A stretch of 63,573 bases of DNA, counting the filler, from Sluysia triapertura (taxonomy: Eukaryota), in NCBI GenBank assembly GCA_046118255.1. It is 5 parts of 5 records of this genome, joined end to end, with 100 filler letters (N's around TTAATTAATTAA, not from the genome) between each part and the next. Parts side by side here need not be neighbours in the genome. Positions count along the whole stretch, not along the records: positions 51,160 to 63,573 come from JBJNIA010111979.1; 4 more parts are not named here. One strand, given 5' to 3'. Within the stretch, counting starts at the first letter, position 1. The number at the start of each line of letters is the position of its first letter. The notes below the pieces were generated by a model. It was not told where the DNA came from, searched no databases, and worked only from the letters and a program-made list of their open reading frames with translations. The translations under genes were made by a program, and so were the position numbers. Below are positions 59,758 through 63,573 of this stretch, piece after piece.

Positions 59758-62700
59758 GCTAATTTTTAAAGAAATCTAGTTGTATTAAGAAGTACATAAT
59801 TTTGTAATAGTTGCCGAGATTTAGTAATATTTTGAATTTACATTAAAGAACTAAGGTTACATTTTAATAAACGTTATCGATTTTTATTGACGCAAAATTG
59901 TAAAGTATAACAGTAAAATAAAATACATTTAAGCGAGATAATATTATATAATATTACCCAAAATAAAATTAAATCTAACATAATGTTTTCACGAAGATAA
60001 TGTATGCAATGGTAATAAGCATTTTTTGATCTATCTAAAATAATATAAACTAATACATATGAATAAATAATCTGTATAATAACAGTATAATAATTTTTCT
60101 ATACAAAATTTATTTTAATGTATTTTAAAAAAGTTTTGATTACAGATTGAAGAATTATATGAAATAGGAACCTTTCATAATCATATATTGCTACTAATAA
60201 TATAAGATGTATTACATTTAAACAAAATTTTGATATAGAAATAAAAACATTTTAATGAGTTTAAAGAATTTTTTCTTTTTATTTATTTTGAAATTTTAAT
60301 ATATAAATCGAAATAAATAAATAATTTATTAGACTATTTTTGAATGAGAAAATGAATCAAAAAGATATTTATTCTTAAAAATCTATTTATATACAGTATT
60401 AACTGCCAAAACAAGGACAGTAAGTCATTTTTTTTGAAATATATAATATATTTTACTAATTTCATTTCGTATTTTCAGTGATAGTTCAATTAGGCTGATA
60501 TACATATTTATGTTTGTTATATTAGTGGTGTATTTAGATTTCAGTAATGGTCCATTAAACGAAAATATCTCGAGGGGAATTACGCATTTCCCCACCTCTT
60601 GGAGAAAATAGAAAGGGGATTTAAGTGTGAATATAAGATATATAGAAATATAGATAGATATAAAGAAAGGAAGCATCTGAATACGATGACAAATACAGCA
60701 TTAGATCTGAATAATATAAATTATTAATTATTTGAATAGTAATTATAATAGTAAATATGATAAAGAATTACATGAAATAATTTTTTCCTTTTTAGTTTTT
60801 ATAATAAAAAATAATATTATAATATAAATTAATATAATAAAATATAATAATATCACATCTAAATTATTAGTTGACCTATAATTAATATTTTCCAATTAAG
60901 AAATGCAAAAAAATTTATATTTTTTGTATTTATTAAAAATAAAAAAGGTTTCTTGTACATTTTCAAGTGCAATGTAAAAGGCAGGTGTTATTCATTAATT
61001 TGGTTTCATCTAGTTTGTTTTAATTTAAACTCTATTTATATAATTAAATTTATACTTACATCTTTAATATTGCTGATTTTAGTAAAAAAAGATTTCTGTA
61101 TAAAAACTGTAAATAATGTACAAAATAAATATTTACAATATATTATTGAATAAAATTTAATTTTTATTATTTGATTTTGATTAATAGTGGAATAAATTTA
61201 TGTACTACTAAAATCATATTTGGTTGCTCCCATACGCTGTCTAAATAACGATCACGAAACTTTTCTCATTTTATTGACATTATAACCAAATAAATTTCAT
61301 AATAATATTTATTCTTAGATTTTTTAATTAATACGTAAGATTATACAAAATTTAAACAGTGCTAGCTTAACATTTACTCTATAATGTAAGAAGGTACAAG
61401 AATGAAAAATAATATAATTGAATAAACAAAAATTAAAGATAAATTGGAGAACGAATCATAGAAGATGAGCAATGCAATATTCATCAGAACATAATGTGCT
61501 TAAGATTTTCTCATGTTTGATACAACTGATATTTCTAAAGCCATGTGATCACTGTATTGTAACATAATATTCATTTACTTTTTTATATCTAAAATTTATT
61601 TAATTTAAATCAATTATTTTAAAATAAAATTAAAATCATTATTATTAAAATTATAACGCTTTATATCAATTTAAAATGAGATTTAATAGAGTTAATATAA
61701 ATTCGAAGTTTAATAACAAATTGTAAATGAAAAATAAATAAATAATTATTTTAAAATGAGATTATATATAGACAATATAATACCAAATTTTAAAAACATA
61801 AAGATCGTTTTAAGTACAAAAGTTAAGATTATATTAAAGTGAGATTAAATAAGACTAGTATAAAATTAAAATTTAACAACACTATTCTCGATTAAAATGA
61901 ATTTAAAATAAAGATTGGGCAGAACAGAAACTATATTTTGACAAAAAATAAATGCAATATTCTGCTTATTATTATTATAATTATTTATTATAAAACTGTA
62001 ATTAATTTGATCTACTACGTATAATATGTATATTTATTAGTATCTAAAACTATGCACCATATGTAATTTATTCCACTTATATTGGTATTGTGTATAAGTA
62101 TTTAAGAGTGTATATATCACTATATAAAATTAAATTAATAATGATAGTAATGATAATAATAATAGTAATAATAAAATAATAATATATTAGATAAAATTCA
62201 ATAAATCACTGTTAATACAATGAATGAAAACACGCAGAAAGAGAGAAATAGTTTAAAAAATGTAGTGTTAAGTAGTTAGAATATTGATTGTTGATCATAA
62301 ACTAAAGTTTAATAAATTTTTGGTATTAGTGTGGAATATTTTAATTGGGATCATTAAACTTAATTTGAAATTATTATTAAGGTAAGAGGTTTATTGTTTA
62401 TTTATTTTTTGTCCAAATACATAATATAAAAACAATAAAAATTTTTGTATTATTAAATTATTACTATTATTTTATCATAATAACTATTCTACATTATTTA
62501 ATTTAAATAATTTAATTTAAATAATTATTTAATTTACCATAATAACTATTCTACATTATTTAATTTAAACTTTTATTGTTCACTTGTTATTAATATTTAA
62601 AAATTAAAAGAAAAAATTTATATAAAACAAAACCTTGTAGTATTAAATTATCACTACCACTTTATAATTGTTATATATTTAAATAAATAAATTTTGTTGA

Positions 62701-63502
62701 ATTTTTTGTTATTTAATTGAGCTACTGAGAATAGAGTTGTCAAAGGATAAACTAATACGTAATAAGTCAGAATAATATTAATACCGAATACTATATATAT
62801 ATATTTCTTTTGCTGTTGTTGACAAATATAAAATATTACAAAAAATGAGTCATCGAAACGAGTATCTGATCTCACGTCACCGAATAAATTAAATCTAAAG
62901 CGTAATTATTGTTCACGACGTAAGATAAGATAAAGTAACCATTAAGAGAATTTAAGTTGTTCATTAATAAATAACAATTTACATAAGTGAAGATATTTAG
63001 TGTTTATTAGTTAAGAATTCATAAAGTAGTTTAAAAATATTGATTTTCATATTAAAGAGTTTTAAAATTATAAAAACTCATTAGAACCAAGTAAGGACAT
63101 CGACAGAGAAATTTAAGATATTATCGAAATTAATAACTTATAAAGAGAACTACATTAATTTCACATATAAAAAAGTGTTGAAAGACATCTAAGTTTTATA
63201 AAGAATTTTAAAGCCGAATCTTTTAAATTTTACAGTATCATGTGACATGTGCTGTAATAATTCGATTTCTTATTTGCATAATTGCTCCTCTACAAATAAA
63301 TAACTTTTATGATACTTTCAGACAAATGTTTATCATCATAGTGCATCCGAAACTAGAAATTTGGTTTACTATATTCAAAGGGTGACATCAGTGGACAATC
63401 TGATCCATTTTTCGAATATGCAATAAGAGATAACGGAAGGTACTTTTATCAAGTGCTTTAATATGTTTTTTACAATTCTAAAATAACATTTTCTAGATAA
63501 TA

Positions 63503-63573
<71 letters not shown>

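Overview
Very AT-rich, intron-containing eukaryotic (metazoan) scaffold, not prokaryotic. Composition, ~40-nt introns, (AAT)n tracts and the transposon spectrum suggest a triclad planarian (inference only). It has five N-gaps, four carrying an artificial TTAATTAATTAA linker. Recognisable genes, all on the minus strand: an intronless, atypical Rho/Cdc42-family GTPase (16303-16914); a multi-exon ADAT3/TAD3 (21598-25716) with a probable 10-nt microexon; three spliced exons of a p70 S6 kinase-like gene ending in a frameshift and lacking the AGC tail (31660-36136); and the terminal exon of a presenilin (46281-46574). The intergenic DNA holds decayed transposons (pogo/Tigger, DD41D Tc1/mariner, piggyBac-like, hAT-like MITE, RLE-type non-LTR, an LTR-like repeat family) and a tRNA-like pseudogene. 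It also contains many decayed fragments of unrelated host genes (UDP-glucose pyrophosphorylase x2, eEF2 kinase, sorbitol dehydrogenase fused to an ankyrin-like ORF, a tyrosine kinase, a cadherin-like repeat), suggesting gene-fragment capture or shuffling. I cannot establish a new biological system from the sequence alone. The best leads are the gene-fragment mosaics, the insert-less Rho GTPase and the tail-swapped S6K. All protein assignments come from manual motif recognition, not database searches, and repeat boundaries are approximate.
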